Positions 14,547 to 28,047 of a DNA stretch of 64,000 bases are shown here, piece after piece. A program made the translations under genes and the position numbers. The first letter of the stretch is position 1, and every line of letters begins with the position of its first letter. A model generated the notes under the pieces. That model saw nothing but the letters and a program-made list of their open reading frames with translations, was not told the origin of the DNA and ran no database searches. The stretch is from Octopus bimaculoides (taxonomy: Eukaryota): contig NC_068991.1 of NCBI RefSeq assembly GCF_001194135.2, positions 47,504,833 through 47,568,832 on the forward strand. Reading direction: 5' to 3'.

Positions 14547-16770
14547 CATTCTTGGCTTTATGTAGATAAATATTCCACTAACCTTGAAAGTGTGACATGC
14601 TAGTTGATTGTCTTCTATATAATAAACTAGTGGCAATAGTTGAGGTCTTTATATATCATATGCTTTCAACTTCCAGCTGGCTACTTACTTTTTTTCTTTT
14701 TATATTAATTGAACAAGAGCTTGAAGCAGGCCTGATGGATCTTTTCTATTTGGTTGTCACTTTTCAATTTCTTCATTTTTCTTCCAACTAATATATTTGA
14801 TGTATTGATGTAGTTTTGTATGGTAATCATTGATAGGAAATTCATTTTTGCCATAAATCAATAAATAAAGAGTTAATGGCTTTTAAAGTTTGCAAATTTG
14901 GGGTAATTTTAGCCACTTGAAAGCCACAGACATATAGGTGCCTGTTTCCATAGTAACAAACCAAGCTTTTACCAAGCTGCTTACCCACACAGTCATTTTG
15001 CACTTATTAAATGCTTAAAACACACTAAGTATGAGGTGATCGTGAGACATGCTAAAAATAATAGCTAAATAGGCCTTAAATCACACACCAAAGTTTTTTG
15101 TTTGTTTTTGCATAATAGTATGAATTCCTGTCTATAGAATACAAATTTGCAAACATTTTCTGAAAATTCTAAAAAACTTAAAAAGTTACAAGGGGTTATA
15201 TGGTGTGTGTAGAGCAGAATTACATCAATATTTCATTTGTTCACAGTTGACAACACGTGCAGTCATGCACAAAATGACGTTTTCCAAATCCTGTTTTCTG
15301 GCTTGGTAAAAATGATCAAACTTTAAACCTCTGTAACTTTTATAAAAAAATTTTCAGGGAAAAAGTGAATGAGCCTCTGAGATACAGTGTGAATGGAAAA
15401 TTACATCAATACACCAAATTATAAATTTCCTGTAAACTTTAAAATTTCCGTGCAGCCAAATTGAAAAGATCTGGCCTGATCAGCAATGCTTTCTAGCTCA
15501 TCCACTGAGAGATTGATTTTTTTTTTATGGTTTATTGAAAGAAATGTAATAGCGTCTTAGATTTGCAGGCCCTTTGAAATTCATATCTTATCTCTGGACA
15601 GTGTCTCTAGTGAAGAATCTTAATTCTTAGTTGTCAAAACCATCTAGCTTGGGAGAGTAATGTTCAATGCTTTATGTAATATGGGCTCTTACATAATTAA
15701 CATTCCTGCCAAAGACAAAATCTTTGGTAATCACTTTTTTATTCAGATGGATAAGTCTCTCAAACTATCTAAGGCTTGAGAAATATAAAACTAGTTCCAG
15801 TACACTAAGTGGATTACCTATTAGTAACTGTCGGCCAAACTAAAATCATCTTTGTAAGCTGTTGCTGTTTATCACCCTTCCAAATCAGTTCCGATCGAGC
15901 CAAAATGCTCCAGTTCTTTTATCCAATGTTTTCCACTTTTTTTTTAAGGCTGTAGGATGTAATATGAAGGAGCTTTAGCTGCTATTTCTGGCAACTCAAG
16001 CAGCCGCATAGGCATTCCATCATTTCCTTGTTGGTCTGTGTCACAAAAGAAAGTTGCTTGGCCTGTTGATTTACAGTCTGTAAATCTATCAAGCTGCAAG
16101 GTTTGAACTTCTGACCTTGCAGTCAGTAACCAACCACCACTGTACCTCTTCAACCAGTGTGACTAATTTTAAATATTCTTTAATAAGTTGTACTGAGCTT
16201 GAACAAACAATGTACTGAATATAAGTTGTCATGACAACTGACTGAGTATAATGAGCTTTAGATGGGAAGGGAGTAAGATTTGAAGTCAAGTTGTTTTTAT
16301 CTTAGTGTTGTTTGTTTAAATATAGATGAGACTGTTGGAGCTGAAGTGAAATTCCAGCTGAATACACTAAGTGCCATGAATAGATTGGCTAATATGATTT
16401 TGATCAGAAATTCTAATTGAAAAGTTGTTGTGTACTTTGGTTTAGTATGTTCTTGTAATTGTTTATTAAATTTGATGTGATAAGTGGCTGTGATATTTCT
16501 GCATAGGCAGCTATGTATTGTTGGACATGTGTTATAGCTATAGAGGTAATAAATATAATCAAGATATATACAAAGTGCGATGGGTAAATTATCGCATGCG
16601 CATTGTTTGTTTTTGACTTTGTCAACTACATAGTATAGTAGGGTCAGTCGGGCACTGTCTGTGAGAAAAACAGCACCATGATGCAATTCACTCTGCCAGG
16701 AATTGGGAAACAACATGCTGTACTGCTTGGCATTTGTGCTGGAAGCTCTAATATGAACATTTCAGAGTGT

Positions 16771-17380
16771 TAAAGATGTCAATCTGAGGACACATACCAA
16801 GAGTGATAAAGATCAAACTTCCACTCCACATCATGGTGTTTGGAGTGATCACTAGTGATGATAACGTTATGCTTCCATTCATCTTCCCACACAGCCTCAG
16901 ACTCAACATAGAGGCCTACTTCAAGTGCCTGGAAGAGGTAGTGCTGCTCTGGGTCAAGAGGGTGGCTGCTGGAAGACGCTATGTTTGGCAACAGGACTCT
17001 GCACCATGCCACACAAGCAGGAGAACCCAGTCATGGCTATCAGACAATTTCTGCAGCCACATCAACCACCTAACAACCATCAACATCTGGCCACCTAACT
17101 CCCCAGACTGCAACCTACTTGATTAGTATGTGTGGGGCACAGTTGAGCGAGAGACCAACAAAACTCCTTGTAACATCAAAGATGAACTGAAGGCAAGGAT
17201 TATGGCAGAATTCACCAACTTAAACAAGGAGACTGTCCAGAAGAGTTACAGGAGATTCTGGAGGCTGTGGTTGAAGCCAATGGCAATTTTATTGGATAAA
17301 TTTACTCTTTAGTATTTCAAGATATTTTCATGTAATTTTGGTAAATATATCTGTTAAAATGAGATGACAGTTTATTCATT
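16771..17380 (+). mobile_element. Tc1/mariner transposase 3' fragment (maT/DD37D-like)
   Basis: IMVFGVITSD..., WQQDSAPCH, WPPNSPDCNLLD motifs; stop at 17126. Confidence 0.85.
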
Positions 17381-17809
17381 GTAGCCTGTATATATACATA
17401 CATACAGACACCATTGTGTGGTTAAGAAGCTTGCTTTCCACCATGTGGTCTCAGGTTCAGTTCTGCCACAAGGCACTTTTGGCAAGTGTCTTCTACAGCC
17501 CCAGACTAACCAAAGCTTTGTGAGTGGATTTGGTAGGTGGGAACTGAAAGAAACCTGCCCTGTGTGTGTGTGTGTGTGTGTGCATTTGTCTTGACATGAT
17601 GTGGTGATTTTTTTTTTTTTTTTTTTTTTAAAGAGCATCGCTGTCATACAAATTATGTTGTTCATGCCCAATCTTCCAGCAGGAAATATTTTCTAGCTTG
17701 GAAACAGGTAATGGTTGTTGACAGGAAAGGTATCAGGTCACAGAAAATCTGCTTCAACGAATTCTGTCTGACCTATACAAATTAGAAAAGTGGACATTAA
17801 ACACACATA

Positions 17810-18026
17810 CAAGGGAGTGCTGTAAAGTTTCTGGCTTTAAGGGCATTGCAAATAGCCTGGTTGGAGGCTCAACCTTCCAAGTCCTTTTACAGGGCTTAGA
17901 AAAACTGAAGGACCACTGCAATAAGTGGGTGAATCTGAGGGGGGAATAGGTTGAATGAAGTCGTAATTAATTGATCCTCCCGTGTTTTCTTTTATCCAAA
18001 GCCAGGAACTTTTTAGCATTTCCTTG
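17810..18026 (+). mobile_element. Mariner-derived MITE
   Basis: About 30-bp imperfect TIRs, TA flanks, internal WLEAQP..FYRGLEKL..CNKWVNLRGE transposase tail. Confidence 0.8.
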
Positions 18027-18380
18027 TATATTATATGTGTGTGTGTAGTCTTGGGTTCAATCTCACTGCACTGCACCTTGGGCAATTATCTTCTATAGCC
18101 TCAAGCCAATCAGAGTTTATTGGGTTGAAACTGTAAGCCATTTAATTTGGTGCCCTCAAAGTAGTGTATAGCTTAACTTTTGTAGATTCCTGCTTTGAAG
18201 AGGTAGAATGGTTTTATATCAGAATACAAAGCTACCTTGTGACTGGTGGAGTGGAGAGACAGGAAGAAAGTACAATTTATGAGTTGCTACAGTAAAAAAA
18301 AAAATAGTATATCAAGATATTGAATTATTCTCAGGCCGAAGTTCCTATACAAATGATGGCAGAAAAGTGAATTCCACTTC

Positions 18381-18533
18381 AAAGTACCCTTGGATAAGGT
18401 GGCAGTGTTAAAGGTACTCTTTGATCAGGTGGTAGTGTTAAAGGTATCCTTGAAATAGGCAGCAGTGTTAAATGTACCCTTGGATTAGGTGGCAATCTTA
18501 AAGGTACTCTTGGATCGGGGTGGCAGTGTTAAA
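18381..18533. repeat. Diverged 30-bp minisatellite x5
   Basis: Consensus AAAGGTACYCTTGGATYAGGTGGCAGTGTT. Confidence 0.85.
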
Positions 18534-19183
18534 ATAGGTAACAGATTGTGTCTATAACTCAATGACATGTACATTCCAATGAGCTTCCACACAGTTTCTA
18601 GTTACCCAAAATTCACTTGCAAAGTTTGGTTGACTCTAGGCTGTGATACAAGGCATTTTCCTAAGTTAGAGCACAATAGGCTCGAACCTGGAACAACAGG
18701 ATAGCAAAACAAGACTTCTTAACCATACAACAATGCTTGCACTAGTGGTTTCATAAAAGTGGGTTAGAAATTCGTCATTAATGTGTCAATGATAATCTCA
18801 TAGACATCTTTTAAACATAAACTGGAGCTTTCGTGAGCTGATTAATGTATTGTTAGTATCTGAGAAAATACCTTGCAGTATTTGGTTGCAGAACTTTATA
18901 CTCTTAAGTTCAAATCCTCTTGAAGTCAAGTTTGCCTTTTAATCTTTCCAGAATCAGAAAAATAAAGTACTAATCAAGTACTGAAGTTGATTTAACCGAT
19001 GATAGCCTCTCCCAAAATACATGTCCCTGTACCACTGTTAGTATGTCATTTACAAGACATTGATTAGCTTGTTGCTATAGTACAAAACACTTATTCCACT
19101 GGTAAAAGCATCTTCTATAGCCTTGGGTTGATCAATGTCTTAAAAAGGCAAACTGGATAGATGGATAACTGTATAAAAGCTTG

Positions 19184-19233
<50 letters not shown>

Positions 19234-21685
19234 GTGTTTGTTTTTATGTTCAGTTATAATAAAAACAATTTTACATTAATCTGATAGGTTACCCTATACT
19301 TTTGTAGAGTACAAATTTATTATTCTTAAACAAGAATGTTGTTGACAGTAACTTCAAAGTTTCAGCCTGCTAAGCCATTGTCAGACTGCAATACATTAGT
19401 CTTGTCTTTATATAGTCTCTGTTGAGTTGAAACCATCTGTAGGTGTGTGAGCTTGTGTGGGGTGGTAATTAGGTTTTTCATGATTGGTTGTTATGGAAAG
19501 GTGTCTTGGAAAAATTTTAATTGATTAGATTTTGGGGTTATGTTTTGGGAGTGAAATTGGGTAGTTGGATAACTGAATGGGGGAGGTTTGTCTCTCTCTC
19601 TCTCTCTCTCTCTCCCTCTCTCTCTCTCCCCCCCTCTCTCTCTCTCTCTCACTCTCTCTCACACACACACACACACACACTTGCATATATGACAAACCTC
19701 CATAAAGATTATCCATCTACCCAATTTCACTCCTGAAACCTGTTTTCTCCACACATCAGTGGCATTATTTGTCCCACATAAACAAACAAAAACCAAAAGT
19801 TTGGCAGTGTGATATGTGTGTTTTTTTTCAACTTGGCTTCACATTGAACATGTATTCATTACTTCCATTTTCTTTCTTCTACCTAACTTTCTGAAACACA
19901 TAACTTAAGCTTAAAATGTCTTTGACATTTCAGGCTTTTCTTAACCCCTTTCTTGCCATATTTCTTGAGGCATATACTATGTCTTCCAGCTAATCAAGAA
20001 TTGGGAGAGATTTAGTTGAATAACTTTTTCATTGTGAAATTGATATTTGGAAAATAAACAGTTTTTAAATGAACAATTATATAATGGACAGTTTATTTTT
20101 ATATGAGGGTTAGTTTCAAAAGAATTTATTGCATTGACCTCCAACACTCTTGTTACCATGTTTCTGCTGAAATATGCTGCCGCTGTTTCAATAAATTTTG
20201 AAAACAATGAAGAATTTAATAAAATAACTTTGTCCTTAAGATGGTGTTGGAACTTAGTTGTTATGGAAGGTTTTAATTTAGGTCACTCTAAAACAAGAAG
20301 TTTGTATTGTAGGGTGGGTATCAAAAAAGTTAAACTAATAACTGTCTCTTGGTTTCACTTTGTTTTCTGTGCTATTATTCTTGTCATTATTTTGACCACT
20401 CTATGATCTTTTGTTTCTTATGCAGGATTTCATTGTTCTTAAACACTACAGTAGTCCTGTGAAACAGTTTGCATGAACTTTTAAGAATCTTTAACTGTTC
20501 CTAAATGTTTAACCGTTTTGTTACTATATTTCTGTAGAATTATACTACCTCTATTCCAATAATTTTGAAAATTATACTGTATTTTAGTGAATTAACTTTG
20601 TCATAATTGATCTGGTGTTTGGAGCATAAACATGAAATTTTGATGGTTTGAATTTAGATCACTTTAAAAACATGAGGCTTCTATAATAGAACTAGTGATG
20701 GTCCCAGACAGGTTAGTATCAAAAGAACTAAACTCATATCACCAATAGTAGGCTTTGAGCTAAAGTCTGTCACTGAGTTTTCTGTTAGCTTTATATTTGC
20801 TGCTGCTTTAGTCTTCCTTAGTTCCTCTTATGTGGTTTTTTTTTTATCTATGACAACTTAATTCTATTGTGGGATAGCTTTGCTACTGTGTTGATTTTTT
20901 CTTTTTCTTCTCTCTTAAAACTTTACCATTTTCTTGTGTTAATGTCTTCTGCCCACTGCCAGACTTCAAACAACTTCCCCAGTTTTTTAAAATTTATTTT
21001 TATTTTGTCAATGCTACAAAAGCAGTAAAATAAACTTTAAAAATACACCAAACTCATGAATAAGATGTTATCAAGGTTTTAAAAATATTCATTTACTTGT
21101 TTTACTTACTTAACTTCCTTGTATTGTCTAAAATTGTATTTGTGAAATAATAAAATGGTTAAGAATATGCATAAAGGCATTTAAACCAATGGGAGGTGTT
21201 TTCATTTAGTTGTCTTAATTGTAATTTAATAAGTAACCTATAATTAAGAGAGACCCATGCTGAAATGGTGACAGAAGAATTGGTGAATTTATTGAAAAAT
21301 AGTTGAAAGTCTGAATTTTCTCTATCCACTAATGTAACTTATAATATATATTCATATGTTATTAAACAAATTGCTGCAGTAGTAGTCTAAAATCTCATTG
21401 AACAATGTCTATGAAATATTAATTAGCTGTCGCATGATACGTATTATATACTAATTCTTTGTAGTATCGATTCGTTTTCAGTGGGTGTTTCTTTTTTTAA
21501 GGATTATCAGAGGTGTTGACATTGAGCTTGTGTCTCATCCATATATATATGCGTGTGTGTATATTTCATTGAATACACAAAATCTGTTCATGTTTTATCC
21601 TTTTTATTTTAGATTTTTATGTATTTTCTAATTAGTTTGTTTTACAGCTGATTTGGAGTGATAAAGTTACAAAATTCATATTCAT

Positions 21686-21846
21686 AGGCGCAGGAGTGGC
21701 TGTGTGGTAAGTAGCTTGCTAACCAACTGCATGGTTCCAGGTTCAGTCGCACTGCGTGGCACCTTGAGCAAGTGTCTTGTACTATAGCCTCAGGCCGACC
21801 AAATCCTTGTGAGTGGATTTGGTAGATGGAAACTGAAAGAAACCCG

Positions 21847-21884
<38 letters not shown>

Positions 21885-22076
21885 CAGTGTCCCAACATCA
21901 CTTGACAACTGATGCTGGTGTGTTTACGTCCCCGTAACTTAGCGGCTCGGCATAAGAGACTGATAGAATAAGTACTAGGCTTACAAAGAATAAGTCCTTG
22001 TGTCAGTTTGCTCGACTAAAGGCAGTACTCCAGCATGGCCACAGTCAAAATGACTGAAACGAATAAAAGAATAAAA
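21686..22076 (+). mobile_element. Dominant SINE, full length
   Basis: AGGCGCAGGAGTGGCTGTGTGGTAAG head, GGTTCAGTC B-box-like motif, (TA)n centre. Confidence 0.9.
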
Positions 22077-22792
22077 ACATTTCCAGGCCATGAAAGTCTC
22101 ATTTTCGAGAATTGTATATGTTTGGGCTGTGTGTTGTTTATTGTACCCTGTTTGAATTTATGTAGACTTTACAACCCAAGGTTTTTTTTCCCCCTACCAT
22201 TAACTCCATACATCAGCAGTTATATGCATGTTGATTTGTTTGTAGTAGTTAGGTTTTTATGTTTAATAGCTACATGTTAATTTTTCATATTGTTTTAGCT
22301 TTTTACAGTTGGTTTTGGAACAATAAATTCCTAAATTCATAATTGATATCTCCAGAATTTCAGTTTCATTTTCAAGAATTGAATATATTTGGTGACTTTG
22401 TTGTTTCTATATACTTGTTAAGCTCATGTAGACTTTCCTACTAAAGGTTTTTTTTTAACCATTGACTTTATTATATATGTTGACTTTGTTTTATTTAATT
22501 TTAACATGTGGAATTAAATGAGTTTGTGAAATTGTTATTTCTAGTTTTCTGAGACAGAGGGGACAATGTTCAATATATTGTTAGATTCTTTGAGCCATCT
22601 GGGTAAAGTTATCAAGTGACATTGTTTTAAAATTGCTACAGATTTGTTTCTAGAAGGATAATGCTATTTTGGAGAAAAAGCATGTATGGTTAATTTTTTG
22701 TGTGAAACTTTTGGAAAGAAAGAGTTGTATAGGGGGTTAGAGAAATAAAAGCAAGTTTGTTACTTTTAAGTTCTACCTGGCCATCTAAAAAG

Positions 22793-22813
22793 ATGGCTGC
22801 TAAACAAGATGTG
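22793..22813 (+). CDS. GTF2A1: TFIIA alpha/beta, probable first coding exon (MAAKQDV)
   Basis: AAGATGGC start context, acceptor ttttaag at 22770 upstream, phase-0 donor GTTTGC at 22814; joins PKLY exon to give MAAKQDV-PKLY. Donor is weak. Confidence 0.6.
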
Positions 22814-23440
22814 GTTTGCAATATGATAGTAATCTATATTCACTGTTATATGGCATCTTCGTCATTGTCCTACCCAATCAATCACATGTTAGTACAATAT
22901 GGAAATTAATCCCAGGTCAGACGAAATCACAATGTATTACTCATATGGTTGCTCTTCATTCTTAATCTTTTGATTGATTGCCATGCGTTCAGTCAATGTT
23001 GACCAGGGTTATCCAACAGTAATTAGCTCTGTGTAGCTTTCCACATTGATTTCTGCTTGTGAGTGACTGAGGACATCATTTGTGTTTGTGATCTGTGCAT
23101 GCATTGTTAGCATTTGTTTTGTCCAATCCAATAAGAGAAACATTGCACTGAGGATGGGATTATATTTTTCTTCTTCACTATTTACTTTAGATAGATTTTC
23201 ATAGACAAATTGATATATTAGATACACATATTTTTATTGGCAGATTGATGGATGAATTTCATAAAAAGATATTTTGATATAACTGCAGGCATGATGTCTT
23301 GTTAAGTAGTTTGCCTTGCGTGGTTTCAAGTTCATACCCTGTGTATAGTATTCCAGGCAGTTGTTTTGTATTACCTCAAATTGGCTATCTGTGAGTGAAA
23401 TTGGAAGATAGAAACTATAGCAAGTTCTGTATTTTATATA

Positions 23441-23662
23441 TTCTTTTACTTGTTTGTCATCTGATTGCAGCCATGGTGGAGCACTGCCTTGAATTGCTTT
23501 TGTCGAACAATTTGACCCCCAAGACTTATTTTTAAGCCAAGTACTTATTCTGTTGGTCTCTTTGCTAAACCACTAAGTTATGGGGACGTAAACACACTAA
23601 CAATGGTTGTCAAGCAATGATGGTGGGGGCAAATACAGACGCAAAGACACACATATACAAAC

Positions 23663-23700
<38 letters not shown>

Positions 23701-23857
23701 GATGGGTTTCTTTCAGTTTCCATCTTTCGAATTCACTCATATGGTTTTTGTCAGCCCAAGGCTATAGTAGAAGACACTTACCCAAAGTGCCATGCAGTGG
23801 GACTGAATCTAGAACCATGTGGTTGGGAAGCAAGCTTCTTGTCACACAGTCACGCCT
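23441..23857 (-). mobile_element. Dominant SINE, diverged full length
   Basis: Same family. Confidence 0.85.
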
Positions 23858-23891
<34 letters not shown>

Positions 23892-24064
23892 GGAACAAAA
23901 ACACAAAAGAGTACAATATAACATTTGGACAGATAGATGATACAAGGCAGACAAGAGAAACAACAATTAGGACAGGTAAAAAAAGACGGGTCATTCGTAG
24001 CCTTCTTTCTTCAGTTAAGTCCCAGAAGTCACGACCATTTCGGTCAGTTACACTTGACCTTTTG

Positions 24065-24790
24065 GGATTGAGCACTGGGGTTGATGTAATCAACTAATGC
24101 TCTCCCACCAAATTTCTGGCCTTGTGCCTATAGTAGAAAGGATTATTATTATTGTGATGATGATAAGCTAGCAGAATCATACTGAACAAAATGCTTAGTA
24201 GTATTTTGTGTCTTTATGTCCTGAGTTCAAATTCTGTTGAGGTCAACTTTGCCTTACAGCCTTTTGGAGTTGATAAATTAAATTATGTACCAGTGGAACA
24301 CTGGGGTCAGTGTAATCAACTAACCCTCTCCCAATTTCAGGCCTTGTACCTATAGTAGAAATAATAATTATTATTATTACTATTGTCAAGGCAGCAAGCC
24401 GGCAGAATTGTTAGTATGCCAAGCAAAATACTTAGTGGCATTTTGGATATCCTTATTTTCTGAGTTCAAATTCTGCCAAGCTCAACTTCACCTTCCATCC
24501 TTTCGAGGTCGATAAATTGTGTTCTAGGAAAACACTGGGGCCAATGTAATCGACTAGTTCTCTCTCCAAAATTTCAGGCCTTTCTGCTTTTAGTAGAAAG
24601 GATTATTATTATATTGGTGGAGTGGTAGACAATGTATTGTCAAGCTAAGTACCTAAAGTATTTCCAGTTCTCTATGTTCTGAGTTCAAATCTTGCTGAAG
24701 TTGATTTTGTCTTCATTCTTTCAGGTTGATAAAATACTAGCCAGATACAGAGTTGACTGATTTGCTATACTATTCTTCTAAATAAATCTT
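24065..24790 (+). mobile_element. Head-to-tail chain of a second SINE family (1 partial + 3 units)
   Basis: Repeated GCAGAAT..TTAG..TTCTGAGTTCAAATT..CACTGGGG..TAGTAGAAAGG(att)n; further copies at 33469-33697 (+), 43910-44120 (+), 57845-58035 (-). Confidence 0.8.
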
Positions 24791-25155
24791 TGGACTTGAT
24801 TGTCATTCCAAGAAATCTGAATTATTCTTTCATATTTGTTCTTAAATGTTTGATGAAAAAGACAGGATAATGTTTGAAAATGTAGGTATTGTATATTGTA
24901 AGCACAATTGTTTTGCAGGTGGATGTCCTAGTAACTGTTGATCATCCAACTACATAAATAGGAAATCAATTTGTTAGTAAGATATGCTAAGGCAGATAGA
25001 GTTGTGTTTTAAACAGACATCCTGATGGCTGTAGAAGTTTGAACTTGTGACCATGTTATTACTTGTCCAATATGTTAACCATAAAAGAATTATTTCTAGT
25101 ATTTTTGATGAAATGAGAAGTGTTTGCTCAGTAATTTAACATCTTTCTTTTGCAG

Positions 25156-25257
25156 CCTAAACTTTATAAGACAGTTGTGGACGATGTAATAACCAGTGTA
25201 CGGGAAGCCTTTTTGGATGAAGGTGTCGATGAACAGATTTTGCAAGAATTACGACAG
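25156..25257 (+). CDS. GTF2A1: TFIIA alpha/beta exon (PKLYKTVVDDVITSVREAFLDEGVDEQILQELRQ)
   Basis: Conserved TFIIA N-terminal helical domain; tgcag acceptor, GTATTA donor, 102 nt phase 0-0. Confidence 0.95.
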
Positions 25258-26284
25258 GTATTAATCACATTTTAAGAGTTTTTTTTTTAATCTTTATTTA
25301 TCCCATAAATTATTTCAGTATCTTTTATGGTGGGTACATGGCAGAAACAGTAGAGCATCCAACAAAATACATTGTTGTATTTAGTTACATTCTGTATCAT
25401 CTTCCCAATGCAATCAACTGTACCTTAGAAGGTAGTACCCCAGCATGGCCATTGTCCAGTAACTGAAACTGATAAAAAAAAGTTATAAAATGGAAGAAAG
25501 TCATTTACTTCCCTTAATTTTGTTCATAATCTTGAAAAAAGAACACATGATCTTCTATTGAAAACTTTTGCATCATCTCCCATCTGAGCATAGATAATTT
25601 GATAATATGCTGTTTCCTGTTACAGCAACCCATGAGTTGTTGTTTCTTTCTCTCTCTCTCCCCCACCCCTGCACCAATCCAGAAGAATCTGTAAAGGTCA
25701 TACTTATTGCCCTTCTTCCTCTCATTAAGTCATAATAATAATAATAACAACAACAAAAATATTGTTCTGATATGTCAAGAAGTCACTGTTATCCTGCACT
25801 CAGAATTCACTACAATCCATGTAAGTTATTTGTTTATTTAATGTCCATTTTCCCATGCTAATTTGATTGAGAAAGGAATTGGTTCCAGGCAGGATTTTAC
25901 AACTAAAGGCTCTTCCTGTTGCTGACTCTCACCTATTTTCAAGTTAATAATTTTTCTTCATTCTACAGGCTTTCAAAAGTGTAGAGTAATTGGTCATAAT
26001 ATCAACAAGGAATATAAACATCTCTGTTATTTGCTTAAACAGTGACATGCAAAAAATATCAACATTCATGTGCATTTGCATGCCCACATGCATAACTAGC
26101 TTCTCACAGTTTCCATCTTTCTAATACACTCGCAAGGTATTGGTTGCCCAGGGCAAGAGTAAAAGACATTTGTCCAAGGTTCCTCAAAGGGAGACTGAGC
26201 CCGAAACCAAGTGGTTATGAAGCACATTTATTAACCACATAACCATGCTTGCGTCTGTATTCTTCAGAAGTCTTCATCCCTATC

Positions 26285-26450
26285 TGTTATGTCTCAACGC
26301 TACTACTATCTAGCACCTTCGGATGACCTCTACTCAACCGCTACACAACAGCTGCTTGACTGCTACTCAACACACCTACCACGGCCAGACTACCTCTATT
26401 TATATGTCTTGGGAGATCCTACTTCTTCGCCTGGTGGTGTTGACACAACA
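26285..26450 (-). mobile_element. Solo LTR-like element, 166 bp
   Basis: TGTTATGTC...GACACAACA ends, CTATC duplicated at 26280-26284 and 26451-26455, TATAAATA on minus at 26397-26404. Confidence 0.7.
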
Positions 26451-27305
26451 CTATCACTGTTATTCTACCTTCTATTCCTTATCACTTTTATTCACATTTT
26501 GGTTGAGAGGGTTGACATTGTCTGCAACCAAAGACAGATCTGCATGAGAAGACATGAAAGCAAATATTATACTGACCTCACACAGACACACACACATACA
26601 CATGTGCATACCATTTTTAACTAATGCAATGTGGACTGGCTTCAAACAAAGTTTGACCTTACTGTAGGTTCAACTGGAAGGACCAGCTTTCGGTGATGAA
26701 GCACAAAATATTTGGTAAATAACGCTGTAGTCCTTTATATTAGTTACGCACCAGAAGTGTTTGTCCAGAAAATATTCGATTATTCCACCTGTATTTGCAA
26801 TTTATTTTTGAAAGTCTGTAACAACCATGTTTTATGTATTGCTGACTGGCATATCCAGCTTGTTTCCATGGTAATCACAAGAATGTGCCTTTATCATAGT
26901 GCTACCTATTCTAATGGTTGAGTACCAAAAGCATTCTAGTTAGGGAGCTGACATTTGATACACATCACTTGAGTGATGTCTGGGTAGCTATCCTTATTGT
27001 CACACCTGATTTTTTTTGGAATGAGCTAGTCACTAACAAGAAAAGAGTTGAAGTTACACCTAACAGAAAGAAAAGCTGTCTTTGACGACCTGTTATCATC
27101 ATTTAATGTCCGTTGTCCATGCTGACATAGGTTGGACTATATACATTGTTATGTTAAACAAGTTATAGTATGGTAGTCTGTGGATGAGGATAATCAATTT
27201 GTGTTCCAATTGCCTTCCATCATTTTGTACAGATTTTTGTTTAGAATGTTTGTTTCATTTTAAGCCTGTAGAGACATGTTAGAATTCTAATTTATTTATT
27301 TCAAG

Positions 27306-27423
27306 TCCTGGGAAAATAAAATGATCCAATCAAAAGCTGTTGGTTCAGTAACAGAAGAACACGTTTTCTCCGGTCCTTACGCTGTGGCAACACAATCACA
27401 GACAATTGCTGGAAAACAGAAAG
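27306..27423 (+). CDS. GTF2A1: TFIIA alpha/beta exon (SWENKMIQSKAV...AGKQK)
   Basis: Continues the conserved WENK..QSKAV motif; caag acceptor, G|GTATCT donor, phase 0-1. Confidence 0.9.
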
Positions 27424-27628
27424 GTATCTTTATTTTCCTTGTTTCCCTTTCTAAATATACTAAGTTTTCATTTTTCTTTTTTTTTTCTTCTTCTATCGTA
27501 AGCCTTGATTATTTCAAGATGAGGCAATGTATAAAATAACTTTTATTGTATCAATCATGTTGTTCCCATTGCGTTTAACTTTGATATGGTCATTTTGACA
27601 ATGTTTGTGTGTATGTATGAATGAATAT

Positions 27629-28047
27629 AGGCGCAGGAGTGGCTGTGTGGTAAGTAGCTTGCTTACCAACCACATGGTTCCGGGTTCAGTCCCACGGCAT
27701 GGCACCTTGGGCAAGTGTCTTCTACTATAGCCTCGGGCCGACCAAAGCCTTGTGAGTGGATTTGGTAAACGGAAACTGAAAGAAGCCCGTCGTATATATG
27801 TATATATATATATATATATGTATGTGTGTATATGTTGTGTATCTGTGTTTGTCCCCCCAACATCGCTTGACAACCAATGCTGGTGTGTTTACGTCCCCGT
27901 AACTTAGCGGTTCGGCAAAAAGAGACCGATAGAATAAGTACTAGGCTTACAAAGAATAAGTCCTGGGGTCGATTTGATTCGATTAAAGGCGGTGCTCCAG
28001 CATGGCCGCAGTCAAATGACTGAAACAAGAAAAAAGAAAGAAAAGAA
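27629..28047 (+). mobile_element. Dominant SINE, full length, little diverged
   Basis: Same family. Confidence 0.9.
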
